A stretch of DNA of 64,000 bases from an uncultured candidate division Zixibacteria bacterium (GCA_963735035.1 CAVTJJ010000004.1:512001-576000); one strand, 5' to 3'; numbered from the stretch's first letter, positions 50,765 through 61,082 are shown. The notes: a model not told the origin generated them from the letters alone. Numbers and translations are program-made.

Positions 50765-52501
50765 TCAGACCGGGAACTCGACCTTGGCGAACCATTCCAA
50801 CTCAAGCTCGGGGAAGAGCGAGTCGCGCTGGGAGCAATCGCGAAAATACTGCCACTCGCCTTCGGTGCCGGTTTCTCCGGCTATCAACTTATCCGCCAGG
50901 GCGGCCATCCTCTTGAAGTCTTCGTAATGTTCGGTCAGTCGTAATTCCGCATAATCACGAGCGGCGAAAGTCGAAATCAGGAACTGCCAGTCGGACGCCG
51001 AGAGAACCATCAGCTCGCGGGCGGCCTGTTTCAGGACGTTGGTCAGGTTGTCCGTGCGTTGATCCTTATGGTCGAGCCAGAACCGGGCCAGCTCGCACAT
51101 CTTCGCTTCCGCTTCATAGATGTGCACCCAGGTCCATTCCGTGTGCTGATTGAGCCAGATGAAGTGATGATTCCCCTGGCCCCAGCTTCCTTCGGGGATG
51201 GACACAACTTGCGTCGGCTTGCGGCGGTCCAGATCCTCGGATAGGAAGGTCAGCCCGATATTCTTCGATTCACATACGTCTTTGAGAACCTTCTTGAGGA
51301 AGAGCGGTCCTTCAAACCACCAATGGCCGAACAGTTCGGCGTCATACGGTGCAACCAGAATTCCGGCGCGATCGCTTTCCTTGTTGTAAGCGCACAGGAT
51401 TTCTTCAGCCTTAGCGGCGAAATGGTCGGCGTTTTCATCGAGCCGTCCGAGTGCCCCATTGTAGTTATATTCGACCTTGTCGGCCAGGTCGGACTTTGCG
51501 GATGTGACCGCCCAGTACCGCAGGCCGCCGGGGAAACGCTTCTTGTGAAAGTCCAGATAGTGGCCGTCGCCGGGGTAGCCGTGTTCGCCAGACCAGACCA
51601 GGAGCCCGGTCTCAGGATCACGGGAGAAGATCGCGGTCGGCGCCTTGCCTTCGGTATTCGAAGCGGCGATATAGACCTCGCGTGGGGTCTTGTCGAATTC
51701 TTCCTCACGCGGTAGATACTGCTTTTCGAATTGTGACCAGAGCAACTTAAGGGCGTCGAAACGGTCGACATAAACACCGACCGACTTTCCACCCTTCAGC
51801 AGCGCCGAATCTATGATGAAGAAATCGAGACCGTTCTCGGAGAGAAATTCTTCGCACCCCTTGCGGTGATAGGCGGCCTTGCTGCCATGGATAGGTACAG
51901 GGGGCGCCCAATCATAGCGCGGTCGATAGGCGCATTCGGGGAGCCAGATGCCGCGCGGTTGGCGACCGAAATGCTTCCGGTAATTCTTCACCGCGGCTTT
52001 GGTCTGGGCCTGAAGTGATTCATCGCGGGAAAGCAGCGGATAGTAGCCGTGGGTGGCGCCGCAGGTGATGATTTCCAGGTAGCCGTCGTCCTGGAGTTTC
52101 CGGAATTCGTAAAGGATATCCTGCCCCAGCTCGTTGAATTGCTCCAGGGTACGGGAAAAGAACGTTTCCCACATGTGGGAGTTTTCCAGCATGTTGTTCT
52201 GGCCGTACTTGAAGAATTCCTCGCTGTCGTGCTTTGCCGCCTTGATCTTTTGATTCAAGTAAGAGACAAATTCGGTCTTGAAATCGGCGTCCGACAGCTG
52301 CTCGCACAAGACCGGCGAAAGGCCCATCGTCAGTTTCGGACGGTACCCTTCGGCGATGAGTTCGTGCATGATGCGGAGAAGAGGAAGATAGGTCTCGGCC
52401 GCCGCCTCGCAGAGCCAATCCGTGCCGTGCGGCCAGCGTCCGTGCGAAAGGACGTACGGCAGATGTGAGTGGAGGACGACGCTGAGATATCCTTTTTTCA
52501 T
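50765..52501 (-). CDS. GH57 1,4-alpha-glucan branching enzyme (DUF1957 type)
   Basis: LHSHLPYV, WLCEAAAETYLPL, GIWLPECAY, PYDAELFGHWWFEG, SASDWQF. Confidence 0.93.
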   Translation of the reverse strand: MKKGYLSVVLHSHLPYVLSHGRWPHGTDWLCEAAAETYLPLLRIMHELIAEGYRPKLTMGLSPVLCEQLSDADFKTEFVSYLNQKIKAAKHDSEEFFKYGQNNMLENSHMWETFFSRTLEQFNELGQDILYEFRKLQDDGYLEIITCGATHGYYPLLSRDESLQAQTKAAVKNYRKHFGRQPRGIWLPECAYRPRYDWAPPVPIHGSKAAYHRKGCEEFLSENGLDFFIIDSALLKGGKSVGVYVDRFDALKLLWSQFEKQYLPREEEFDKTPREVYIAASNTEGKAPTAIFSRDPETGLLVWSGEHGYPGDGHYLDFHKKRFPGGLRYWAVTSAKSDLADKVEYNYNGALGRLDENADHFAAKAEEILCAYNKESDRAGILVAPYDAELFGHWWFEGPLFLKKVLKDVCESKNIGLTFLSEDLDRRKPTQVVSIPEGSWGQGNHHFIWLNQHTEWTWVHIYEAEAKMCELARFWLDHKDQRTDNLTNVLKQAARELMVLSASDWQFLISTFAARDYAELRLTEHYEDFKRMAALADKLIAGETGTEGEWQYFRDCSQRDSLFPELELEWFAKVEFPV

Positions 52502-52821
52502 TTATACTCTCCAGGGGCCCCGGTTTCGAAGCCGATCGGTTTGGTGGAATTTTGCGGGCCGCCGTGCATCTTGATCTCGCCGAACTGTTCTTCGTGCTTC
52601 TTGATGTTTTGTTCGAGGGTCTGCAAAAGCAGCTTGGCGTGCATGGGGGTCATAATTATCCGCGCGACCACTTTGGCTTTGGGCGCGGCGGGCATAACTC
52701 GGGCGAAATCGAGCACCATCTCGGTGGGGGAGTTATGTATCATCGCCAGGTTGGCATAGGTCCCTTCGGCTTCTTTTTCGCCTAATTCGATATTGATCTG
52801 TTGTCGCGGTGCAGTTGTCAT
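52498..52821 (-). CDS. DUF3467-like protein
   Basis: EGTYANLAMI.....EMVLDF.......KAKVVARIIMTPMHAKLL...NI..HE..FGEI. Confidence 0.85.
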   Translation of the reverse strand: MTTAPRQQINIELGEKEAEGTYANLAMIHNSPTEMVLDFARVMPAAPKAKVVARIIMTPMHAKLLLQTLEQNIKKHEEQFGEIKMHGGPQNSTKPIGFETGAPGEYK

Positions 52822-52967
52822 CGGTTATTTCCCTCCGGGAAACCGGTCACTGGTTCTTCACTTGTAACGGGCTAAGCATTTTAATATATTTGGCCCCCGA
52901 GTCAACCTCTTTGTCTGTCTGGACGGACCCAGGGGAGACGGAGAGATTGAGGTAAAACTGGAGCCCC

Positions 52968-54017
52968 ATGCCTTTAAGCCGTAAGCGAATCAAGGAAATA
53001 ACCGCCGGTATTGGCCATTCCCGGGTACTTATTCTGGGCGATATTATGCTGGACGAGTACCTTGTCGGTAACGTTACCCGCATTTCTCCCGAAGCGCCTG
53101 TGCCGGTAGTGGATATCGACTCAAACTGGCAGCTTCTCGGCGGGGCCGCCAACGTGGCGGCGAACATCAAAGCCCTGGGCGATGAACCGGTGCTGATCGG
53201 AGCGGTCGGCGATGACCGGGCGGCAGAGCAGCTTCGCGACCTCCTGAGACAAAAGAAGATTTCACCCGATTATCTTGTGACCGACAAATCTCGCCGCACT
53301 ACGATCAAAACCCGCATTATTGCTCACAGCCAACAGGTGGTGCGGGCCGACCGTGAGACACGTTCGGAGCTCTCGCCCGCGGTCGAAAGACAGGTCTGGA
53401 CCAGTTTCGAAAAGTCCGCCGCTCGCGCGAAAGGCGTAATCATATCCGATTACGGCAAGGGGATGATCACCCTGTCTCTGCTGGAGCGCCTGATCGACTA
53501 CTGCCTGGATAGAAGAATTTTCGTAGCGGTCGATCCGAAAGAAAACCGGTTCAACAATTACCGCCGTGTATCGCTAATCACCCCGAACCATCACGAGGCA
53601 GGATTTGCTTACGGTCGTCGTATTCAGAGCATGGAAGACCTCCTGGCGGTCGGACAAGGGTTGCTCGACCGGCTCGAAGCCGAGGCAATCTTGATCACGC
53701 GCGGTCCGGAAGGTATGTCGCTCTTCCGCCGGGGCTGTCCGCCGACTCATATTCCGACTTTCGCGCGCAAAGTGTACGATGTCACCGGCGCCGGTGATAC
53801 CGTGATCGCCGTCTTTGTGGCCGCGGTTGCCGCCGGGGCAGACCCGGTCGAGGCCGCGGTCGTTTCCAATGCCGGAGCCGGCGTGACAGTGGCCGAGGTA
53901 GGCACCGCGTCGGTTACGGTTGAACAGCTCAAATCTGAACTTGAACATCATTTAAGCAGCGGCCGTCTGGCGGCAGCCGGTCAGGCGCTGCATATACGAA
54001 AAGGACGCAAATCGTGA
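52968..54017 (+). CDS. rfaE1: D-glycero-beta-D-manno-heptose-7-phosphate kinase (HldE kinase half)
   Basis: GDIMLDEY...RISPEAPVPV, GGAANVAAN, SDYGKG, VDPK, DVTGAGDT. Confidence 0.93.
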   Translation: MPLSRKRIKEITAGIGHSRVLILGDIMLDEYLVGNVTRISPEAPVPVVDIDSNWQLLGGAANVAANIKALGDEPVLIGAVGDDRAAEQLRDLLRQKKISPDYLVTDKSRRTTIKTRIIAHSQQVVRADRETRSELSPAVERQVWTSFEKSAARAKGVIISDYGKGMITLSLLERLIDYCLDRRIFVAVDPKENRFNNYRRVSLITPNHHEAGFAYGRRIQSMEDLLAVGQGLLDRLEAEAILITRGPEGMSLFRRGCPPTHIPTFARKVYDVTGAGDTVIAVFVAAVAAGADPVEAAVVSNAGAGVTVAEVGTASVTVEQLKSELEHHLSSGRLAAAGQALHIRKGRKS

Positions 54018-54946
54018 AGAAACTCGTTTGCCTTGCTTGTCTGGCCTGTCTGGTCCTGGCCGCCTGTTCTAAAGCGCCGGATCAGCCCTACAAATTCACT
54101 TATCACCCGCCGGACTCGGTCAACTTTGTCGTAGAGCTGGCCATGACCCAGTTGTACTCTCAGGGTGATCAGCAGAACCTCGACAGCACCTGGACGCTCA
54201 CCCGCCACTGCCAAAAAGCAGTGCCGGGCGGATATGAACTCTCCGGCATGACCGACTCCGTGGCGGTATTTCGCAACGGGACGCCGATGAACGATCCGAT
54301 TGTCGGGTTGTTCGCCGGAGGGAATATAGTTATGCAGATCGATACGGCCGGAAAGGCGACGGGAGTAAAGGGTTTTGAAGAGCTTATGGCTCGTTTGGAC
54401 ACACTTGTCGGCCCGGATACGGCTGCGATGGTTCGGCAGGTGGTTTCGGTTGACGCTCTCCAACAACAGGAAACGACCACCTGGAATGGCAAGTTCACAC
54501 CTTTCGTAGGCCGCGAGATGAAACTGGGACAAGTCTATTGCGACACGACTTTCCCGGAACTGCCGGTCGAAGGCAAGATGAACGCCTACCGCATCAGCGA
54601 GATAACTGACACGGTCACCATCGGCGACCGTCTCTGCGGCCGCGTCAAAGTAACCACCAGCACCGATCCGGCCGAACTGGCCCGCCTCTCAGGCAAGACC
54701 GAAGCCGATGTGGAGAAGCTATTTGCACTTACTCGGGACGCTTTCACGCAGGCCAGTCAACGTCAGGCAGGGTACTCCTCGGCACGCAACTGGGTGCTCG
54801 AATTCGAAACTATGCTTTCTCACGAAGAATCTTCGAATCAGGAGTATTTCTTCTTTGATCTATCAAACAGTGGCATGCCGGTGAAGAATCGGATGGCTGA
54901 AACTCAGAGCAAGCGATTCGTATATCCGAATGTCAGCAGTTCGTAG
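54014..54946 (+). CDS. Hypothetical lipoprotein
   Basis: MKKLVCLACLACLVLAA-C lipobox; overlaps the rfaE1 stop. Confidence 0.75.
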   Translation: MKKLVCLACLACLVLAACSKAPDQPYKFTYHPPDSVNFVVELAMTQLYSQGDQQNLDSTWTLTRHCQKAVPGGYELSGMTDSVAVFRNGTPMNDPIVGLFAGGNIVMQIDTAGKATGVKGFEELMARLDTLVGPDTAAMVRQVVSVDALQQQETTTWNGKFTPFVGREMKLGQVYCDTTFPELPVEGKMNAYRISEITDTVTIGDRLCGRVKVTTSTDPAELARLSGKTEADVEKLFALTRDAFTQASQRQAGYSSARNWVLEFETMLSHEESSNQEYFFFDLSNSGMPVKNRMAETQSKRFVYPNVSSS

Positions 54947-55018
54947 TGTTCGGGTCGGATTGACCGGAAACCACGAACGGGCACCGATTCGTAATACGTT
55001 GTGAAAGGAAATACAGGA

Positions 55019-56926
55019 ATGAACTTCATCGCCCGACATCTCAAGAAACTCCGCACGCTGGTTGCGGCCATTACGCTATGTCTTATCGCCGCCGGTTTGA
55101 TTGCGGCTCCGACCAGTTTGGTCCGGGATTCGATTCCGGACAAGTACAAGTGGGACCTAAGTCCTATCTACGCCGACTGGAACGCCTGGGAAAAAGATTG
55201 TGCAAAAGTCTCGGCTATGATCGACACCCTGGCTAGCATGAAGGGACAGGCATCTCAAGGGGCTGAGTCGCTCCTGAGAGTGCTTCAGTGCGACGACCGG
55301 GTCGGAGAACTGGTCAATCGTGTTTCTCTCTACGCCGACCTGAGCTATGTCACGAATCAGGTGGACAACGACCTGAACGCCAAGACCCAGCGGGCAGCCC
55401 TTCTTACCGTGCGCCGGTCCGACGCTACGACCTGGTTGCAGCCGGAACTGCTCCAGCTCCAATGGGAAACGGTCAAGGGGTGGATCGATCAGACTCCCGG
55501 GCTGGCTATCTACCGATACACTCTCGATAATCTGTTCCGTCTCAAACCGCACACCCTCGATGAGAACGGCGAGAAGCTCCTGTCGTACTTCAGCACTTTC
55601 GACAACACTCCCGACGCGATCTACTCCGGTTTCATTTACTCCGACATTCAATACAATGACTATGTCTCGAAGACCGGCGACACGATTAAGCTGACCGAGT
55701 CACAGATCTGGTATCAGATCCAGACCAACCGGGACCAGGAAGAACGCCGCAAGATGTTTACTACGTTCTACGGGGCCTACAATGATTACGTCAACACTTA
55801 TGCGTCGATGTACAACAGCGTGCTGCAGCGTGATTGGGCGCTGGCGCGGGCCCGCAACTATCCGACTGCGCTTGAGGCGACGCTTAGCGCCAACGATGTC
55901 CCCCCGATCGTGTACGAGAATCAGGTGAGCACTGTCCGCGCCGGAGTTGCTCCTCTGCAGCGGTATCATCGGTTGCGCAAGCAGGCGCTCGGACTGGAGC
56001 ATTACTACTGGTCCGATCGGCAGATTCCGCTGGTCGCAAAGGAAAGCACGTATGAGTACGACTCGATCGTGCCGTGGGTGATGGAATCTTTGAAGCCGTT
56101 GGGCGAAGACTATGCCCTGAAGTTGAAGGACCTGTTCGGAAACCGTCGCATCGACGTCTACGAAAACAGCGACAAGTACACCGGCGGCTTCCAGTCGGAT
56201 ACTTACGGTACACCGCAGTTCATCCTGTTGAATTTCAACGGGACCCTGGGGGAAGTGTTTACGGTGGCGCACGAAGCCGGTCACGCCCTCCACTCCAACT
56301 ATTCCAACGCCAGTCAGCCGTACGTCAATTCCAGCTACACGATCTTCGTTGCCGAAGTCGCGTCCACGTTGAACGAAGCGCTATTTCTGGACTACCTGAT
56401 GCAGAAGGCGAAGACTTCGGATGAGCGGATTGCGATGCTCCAACGGGCGATCGAGGGGATCGAGCAGACGTTCTATCTGCAGACCATGTTTGCCGACTTC
56501 GAGTGGCAGGCCCACAAGCTGGTGGAAGCGGGCGAGCCGGTAACGGCCGACGCGCTTCGCGCCATCTGTGGCAAGCTGACAGCCGATTACTACGGTGATG
56601 CGATCGAGATGGACACGATTCTGCAATCGTACTGGACCCGTATCGGCCATTTCTTCAGCACCCCCTATTACGTATATAAGTATGCCACGAGCTACGCCGC
56701 GTCGGCGCAGATCGTACAGGGGATCCAGTCGAAGAAGTCCGCCGATCGCAAGAAGGCTCTGGAAAACTATCAAGGCCTGCTCAAATCGGGTGGCAGCGAC
56801 TATCCAATGGAACAACTTCGCAAGTGCGGAGTAGACCTGGCCAAACCGGACGCCATCCAGGCCGTGGTCAAAAGGCTCGACAACCTGGTGACGCTACTCG
56901 AAGCGGAGCTCGCAAAACGCAAGTGA
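55019..56926 (+). CDS. pepF: Oligoendopeptidase F (M3B) with N-terminal signal peptide
   Basis: KWDLSPIY, TVAHEAGHALH, FVAEVAS, PYYVYKYA, LKSGGSDYP. Confidence 0.92.
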   Translation: MNFIARHLKKLRTLVAAITLCLIAAGLIAAPTSLVRDSIPDKYKWDLSPIYADWNAWEKDCAKVSAMIDTLASMKGQASQGAESLLRVLQCDDRVGELVNRVSLYADLSYVTNQVDNDLNAKTQRAALLTVRRSDATTWLQPELLQLQWETVKGWIDQTPGLAIYRYTLDNLFRLKPHTLDENGEKLLSYFSTFDNTPDAIYSGFIYSDIQYNDYVSKTGDTIKLTESQIWYQIQTNRDQEERRKMFTTFYGAYNDYVNTYASMYNSVLQRDWALARARNYPTALEATLSANDVPPIVYENQVSTVRAGVAPLQRYHRLRKQALGLEHYYWSDRQIPLVAKESTYEYDSIVPWVMESLKPLGEDYALKLKDLFGNRRIDVYENSDKYTGGFQSDTYGTPQFILLNFNGTLGEVFTVAHEAGHALHSNYSNASQPYVNSSYTIFVAEVASTLNEALFLDYLMQKAKTSDERIAMLQRAIEGIEQTFYLQTMFADFEWQAHKLVEAGEPVTADALRAICGKLTADYYGDAIEMDTILQSYWTRIGHFFSTPYYVYKYATSYAASAQIVQGIQSKKSADRKKALENYQGLLKSGGSDYPMEQLRKCGVDLAKPDAIQAVVKRLDNLVTLLEAELAKRK

Positions 56927-57405
56927 AGCAGTCTGAGATATCTGAAATGCTGGTGGCGCGAAAAAACATCACCCGGCTCGCCGACGGACTCCGTCAGCGA
57001 AAGCTGAAGATTGTTTTCACCAACGGCGTCTTTGACATCCTGCATCGCGGTCATGTCCAGTACCTTCAGCAGGCGAAGTCTTTCGGCGATGTGCTCGTCG
57101 TAGGGTTGAACAGCGACCAATCGGTGCGCCGTCTCAAAGGGCGGAATCGCCCGGTGCAAAAGCAACGAGATCGGGCCGAAATCCTGCTCGCCCTCAAGGC
57201 GGTGGACTTCGTGGTGATCTTCGGTGAGGACCGGCCCGAACGGTTGATCGAGCAGATAAGGCCCAATGTGCTGGTGAAGGGCGCCGATTACAAGATGTCC
57301 GAAATCGCCGGCGCCACGTTCGTGAAATCCTACGGTGGCAGTGTGCGACGGGTGCGCCTGACATCGGGACGTTCCACCAGCGGGATTCTCAAGAAACTAA
57401 GTTAG
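56923..57405 (+). CDS. rfaE2: D-glycero-beta-D-manno-heptose 1-phosphate adenylyltransferase (HldE transferase half)
   Basis: VFTNGVFDILHRGH, GLNSDQSVRRLKG, LVKGADY, STS; GTGA overlap with pepF. Confidence 0.93.
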   Translation: MKQSEISEMLVARKNITRLADGLRQRKLKIVFTNGVFDILHRGHVQYLQQAKSFGDVLVVGLNSDQSVRRLKGRNRPVQKQRDRAEILLALKAVDFVVIFGEDRPERLIEQIRPNVLVKGADYKMSEIAGATFVKSYGGSVRRVRLTSGRSTSGILKKLS

Positions 57406-57441
57406 GTCTCCGGTGATCGGAGATCGACCTGCGAGACATAA

Positions 57442-58074
57442 ATGCCTGATACGGCTATAACAAGCGACGTCTCTTTGACCGACCGGCTGGCGTCCGGTGG
57501 TTACTGGACGGCGATTGCCGCCCGGCGTCTCGATCAGGGGAAATATTCCGAAGCGGTCGGAATCTGTCAGGAGAATATTGAGCGCGAGCCTCATTTGCTG
57601 TCGGGGCGCTTAATCTGTGGACGAGCCTTCATGCTATCGGGACAGGCCGAATCGGCGGCTGGACAGTTTCGGCGCGTACTGGCCGCCGATCCGGATAATA
57701 TCGTAGCCCTGAAATACATGGGTGATATCGCGTTCGAAGCGGGCGACTCGGCCGCTGCTCTGGCCAACTATGCCCGCATACTTGAGATCGATCCATCCTG
57801 CCGGGGTTTGAAAGCGGATATTATCCGACGCAGCCAGGCAACTACCCGGACGATTACGCTGGCACGGCGATCAGAATCACGTGCGAACTCCGATGCCGAG
57901 ACCTTGCGCGAAATCCCGTTCTATACGGAGACCATCGGTGACATCTATCTGGCCCAGGGGTACCCGCTTCTGGCCGCTCGAGTGTTTCGCAAACTGAGCG
58001 AGAATATCGATTCGCCCCGAATCGCCGAGAAACTCTCTCTTTCTGAAAGTAAGATCAAAGAAAAGGATAACTAA
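57442..58074 (+). CDS. Tetratricopeptide-repeat protein
   Basis: TPR-like helices (A...F...L..DPDN..AL); C-terminal TETIGDIYLAQG. Confidence 0.8.
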   Translation: MPDTAITSDVSLTDRLASGGYWTAIAARRLDQGKYSEAVGICQENIEREPHLLSGRLICGRAFMLSGQAESAAGQFRRVLAADPDNIVALKYMGDIAFEAGDSAAALANYARILEIDPSCRGLKADIIRRSQATTRTITLARRSESRANSDAETLREIPFYTETIGDIYLAQGYPLLAARVFRKLSENIDSPRIAEKLSLSESKIKEKDN

Positions 58075-58076
58075 CC

Positions 58077-59159
58077 ATGTCTGCCACACGCCTCAATCAG
58101 ATCCGTGAAACGCTTCACCGCCAGAACCTGGACGGATTTGTTGTCATCAATCGGAATCAGGTTCGCTACCTGACCGGATTCTGCGGCCACGAAGACCTCG
58201 ACGGTTTGCTGATGCTCTCGGGGGAAAAGGCCCTGTTGCTTACCGATTCCAGGTACACTATCGACGCGAAGAGAACTGTCAAAGGCGCCAAAGTACATAT
58301 CGTTACGGGTGCCAAGACGGCCGCCCTCAAGGATTTTCCAGTTCTGACCGGACGTAATCAGCGTCTTGGCTTTGATCCGGCGACCACCACCCAGGCGGTT
58401 TTGGATCAAGTTCGCAAGTCACTTACGGGAAGCCTTCTGATCCCATCCGACGATGTCCTGGCCGAGCTGGGTTGGGTAAAGGACAAGGGCGAGATTGCCT
58501 CGATCCAGAAGGCCGTCGATGTCTCCGACCGTGCTTTCGAGCGGATTCTCAATATCGTTAAGCCGGGAATCAGGGAGCGGGATTTGGCCGCGGAACTCGA
58601 ATACCAAATGATGATGCTCGGCTCGGAGAGAGCTTCTTTTGAGACCATTGTAGCTTCAGGTCACCGGTCGGCCATGCCCCACGGGCTGGCTTCAGCCAAG
58701 AGGCTCCGCAAGGGCGAGTTTGTGACGATTGACTTCGGGGCGACTGTCGACGGTTACGTTTCTGACATTACACGCACAGTGGTGGTGGGTAAAGCGTCCG
58801 CTCAGCAGAAGAAGGTCTACGGGATAGTGCTGAAAGCCCAGATGGCGGCTATCCGGAAGGTTCGGCACGGGGCTAGCGGCAAGGCGGTAGACAAGATCGC
58901 ACGGGACATTATCACGGCCGCGGGCTACGGCAAGAATTTCGGTCACGGGACCGGCCACGGGATAGGAATCGAGGTCCATACCGGGCCGGGTCTGTCTCCG
59001 CGAATTGATTGTAAGCTCAAGGCAGGCAACGTCGTAACGGTCGAGCCGGGAATCTATATCAGCGGTTGGGGTGGGGTCCGGATTGAGGACGATGTCCTGG
59101 TGACGCGGTCCGGCCACCGGGTGCTTAACCGGGCGCCAAAAAAATTGTTGGAGGTATAA
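58077..59159 (+). CDS. Xaa-Pro aminopeptidase/dipeptidase (M24B)
   Basis: DFGA..DGYVSDITRT, HGTGHGIG.EVH, TVEPGIY, GVRIEDD. Confidence 0.93.
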   Translation: MSATRLNQIRETLHRQNLDGFVVINRNQVRYLTGFCGHEDLDGLLMLSGEKALLLTDSRYTIDAKRTVKGAKVHIVTGAKTAALKDFPVLTGRNQRLGFDPATTTQAVLDQVRKSLTGSLLIPSDDVLAELGWVKDKGEIASIQKAVDVSDRAFERILNIVKPGIRERDLAAELEYQMMMLGSERASFETIVASGHRSAMPHGLASAKRLRKGEFVTIDFGATVDGYVSDITRTVVVGKASAQQKKVYGIVLKAQMAAIRKVRHGASGKAVDKIARDIITAAGYGKNFGHGTGHGIGIEVHTGPGLSPRIDCKLKAGNVVTVEPGIYISGWGGVRIEDDVLVTRSGHRVLNRAPKKLLEV

Positions 59160-59246
59160 CGGGAAAGGGGTATTTTTGCGCTTGCCCGGAGAGTATGCTT
59201 TTTAAGGTCCCTGCCAGTCGTTAACAGCCGGCAGGGCGGAGTTTTA

Positions 59247-59741
59247 ATGAGAGAAAAGTACATCAGAAGTTTAATACGTCTGGTTGAAGAGTCAGATATA
59301 GAATCGCTGGAGGTCTCCAGTTGGGGCCGCAAGGTCCGGATCACCCAGCGTCTTGGCGCCAGTCCCAACGGGCACAACAACGGCAGCGGCGGGACTTACC
59401 AGCCGACTGTCTCAGTTGTCGCCTCATCCCCCTCGGCGGCCCCGGTCCGGGAAGTCGCCCTTGAACCAACCCAGCCAGTTGCCGATAATACCAGTAGCCT
59501 GGTGGAGGTCAAGTCTCCGATGGTGGGCACGTTTTACAGGGCTCCGGCGCCTGACGCCGACCCGTACGTCTCGCCTAACGAGCGGATCACCGAAGGCCAG
59601 GTGGTGTGTATTGTCGAAGCAATGAAACTGATGAACGAGATTGAGTCGGAAGTCAGTGGTCGGGTGGTCAAAATCCTGGTTGAAAACGGCAAGCCGGTGG
59701 AATTCGGCCAGGTTCTTTTCTTGATCGATCCCAATAACTGA
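59247..59741 (+). CDS. accB: Acetyl-CoA carboxylase biotin carboxyl carrier protein
   Basis: SPMVGTFYRAP, IVEAMKLMNEI, VEFGQ. Confidence 0.95.
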   Translation: MREKYIRSLIRLVEESDIESLEVSSWGRKVRITQRLGASPNGHNNGSGGTYQPTVSVVASSPSAAPVREVALEPTQPVADNTSSLVEVKSPMVGTFYRAPAPDADPYVSPNERITEGQVVCIVEAMKLMNEIESEVSGRVVKILVENGKPVEFGQVLFLIDPNN

Positions 59742-59766
59742 CCCGATTCTCGGGAAAGGGATCTTC

Positions 59767-60936
59767 ATGAATCTCAAGCAAATGCTGGTTGAGATGCTCA
59801 ACCGCAAGGCTTCGGATTTGCATATCCGTGTAGGCATCCGCCCCCATCTGCGCGTCAACGGCACCCTGCAACAGATAGAAACCGATCCGATTACGATCGA
59901 GACCATGGAGCAGGTAGTAGGGCAGATCCTCAACGAAAAGCAGTTCGAGCGTTTCCAGCGCAAGAACGAAATGGATCTGGCCCTCTCGGTCGCCAAGCTG
60001 GGACGATTCCGTATCAACCTGTTTCGACAACGCGGCACGACCGGTATTGCGATCCGTGCGGTTAACACCGTGGTCCCGAGCTTCGAAGAACTCAACCTGC
60101 CCAAAGTAGTGCGCGATCTGTCAAAGGAACGGCGCGGTCTGGTGATTGTCACCGGTACCACCGGTTCAGGTAAATCGACGTCGCTGGCGGCGGTCATTGA
60201 AGAAATCAATGCGACTTCCCCGATGAACATCATGACGGTGGAAGACCCGATCGAATATATCTACCGTGACAAGAGGGCGATTATCTCCCAGCGCGAGGTC
60301 GGGGGCGATACCGAATCGTTCGCTACGGCCCTGCGCCACGCTTTTCGTCAGGACCCGGACGCTATCCTTATCGGTGAGGTCCGCGATCTGGAGACGATGT
60401 CGATCGCGTTGACCGCGGCCGATACCGGTCACCTGGTCATGACCACGCTACATACTCTGAATGTCGTCGAGACGATCACCCGTATCGTCTCGTTCTTCCC
60501 GCCGCACCAGCATCAGCAGATTCGTCTCTTGTTGGCCGGCACGCTCAAGGCGATTGTCTGCCAGCGACTGCTGGCCCGTCACGATATGCCCGGCCGTGTT
60601 CCGGCCCTTGAAATCATGGTAAACCACGGCGCCATCAAAGAGTGCATCATGGATCCGGACAAGACGGTGGATATCCCGGACCTGATGGAAGCGGGCAATG
60701 TCCAATACGGCATGCAGACATTCGATCAATCCATTATGCGGCTGTACAAACAGGGGTTGATATCGTTCGAAGAAGCGATGGCGAACGCCTCCAACCCGGA
60801 CGATCTCGATCTGCGGCTTAAAGGTATCGTGGGAGCGGCCGACCGCTGGGCCGACGAAGGCAACAAGAGCGAATCGGCGGCGCCGTCGCCAATCCAACGT
60901 TCCACGGAATTGCCGGGCGGTTTCGCGAAGTACTAG
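59767..60936 (+). CDS. pilT: Type IV pilus retraction ATPase PilT/PilU family
   Basis: ASDLH, GTTGSGKST, EDPIE, RQDPD..LIGEVRD, TGHLV.TTLHT, GMQTFDQ. Confidence 0.9.
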   Translation: MNLKQMLVEMLNRKASDLHIRVGIRPHLRVNGTLQQIETDPITIETMEQVVGQILNEKQFERFQRKNEMDLALSVAKLGRFRINLFRQRGTTGIAIRAVNTVVPSFEELNLPKVVRDLSKERRGLVIVTGTTGSGKSTSLAAVIEEINATSPMNIMTVEDPIEYIYRDKRAIISQREVGGDTESFATALRHAFRQDPDAILIGEVRDLETMSIALTAADTGHLVMTTLHTLNVVETITRIVSFFPPHQHQQIRLLLAGTLKAIVCQRLLARHDMPGRVPALEIMVNHGAIKECIMDPDKTVDIPDLMEAGNVQYGMQTFDQSIMRLYKQGLISFEEAMANASNPDDLDLRLKGIVGAADRWADEGNKSESAAPSPIQRSTELPGGFAKY

Positions 60937-61042
60937 TAGTTGTAGGTCAGGCGGACTTGACGCCTGACATTTTCGATCGGCCGCAAATAATAGCAGTCAG
61001 GCCCCGAGTAGGCCTGACCTACAAATTCTGAACACAAACAAA

Positions 61043-61082
61043 AAATGCCGTCAGACATCCGTGCCTGACGGCATTTCGTTTT
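61043..61082. terminator. Bidirectional terminator-like hairpin between convergent genes
   Basis: AAAAAATGCCGTCAG...CTGACGGCATTTCGTTTT. Confidence 0.75.
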
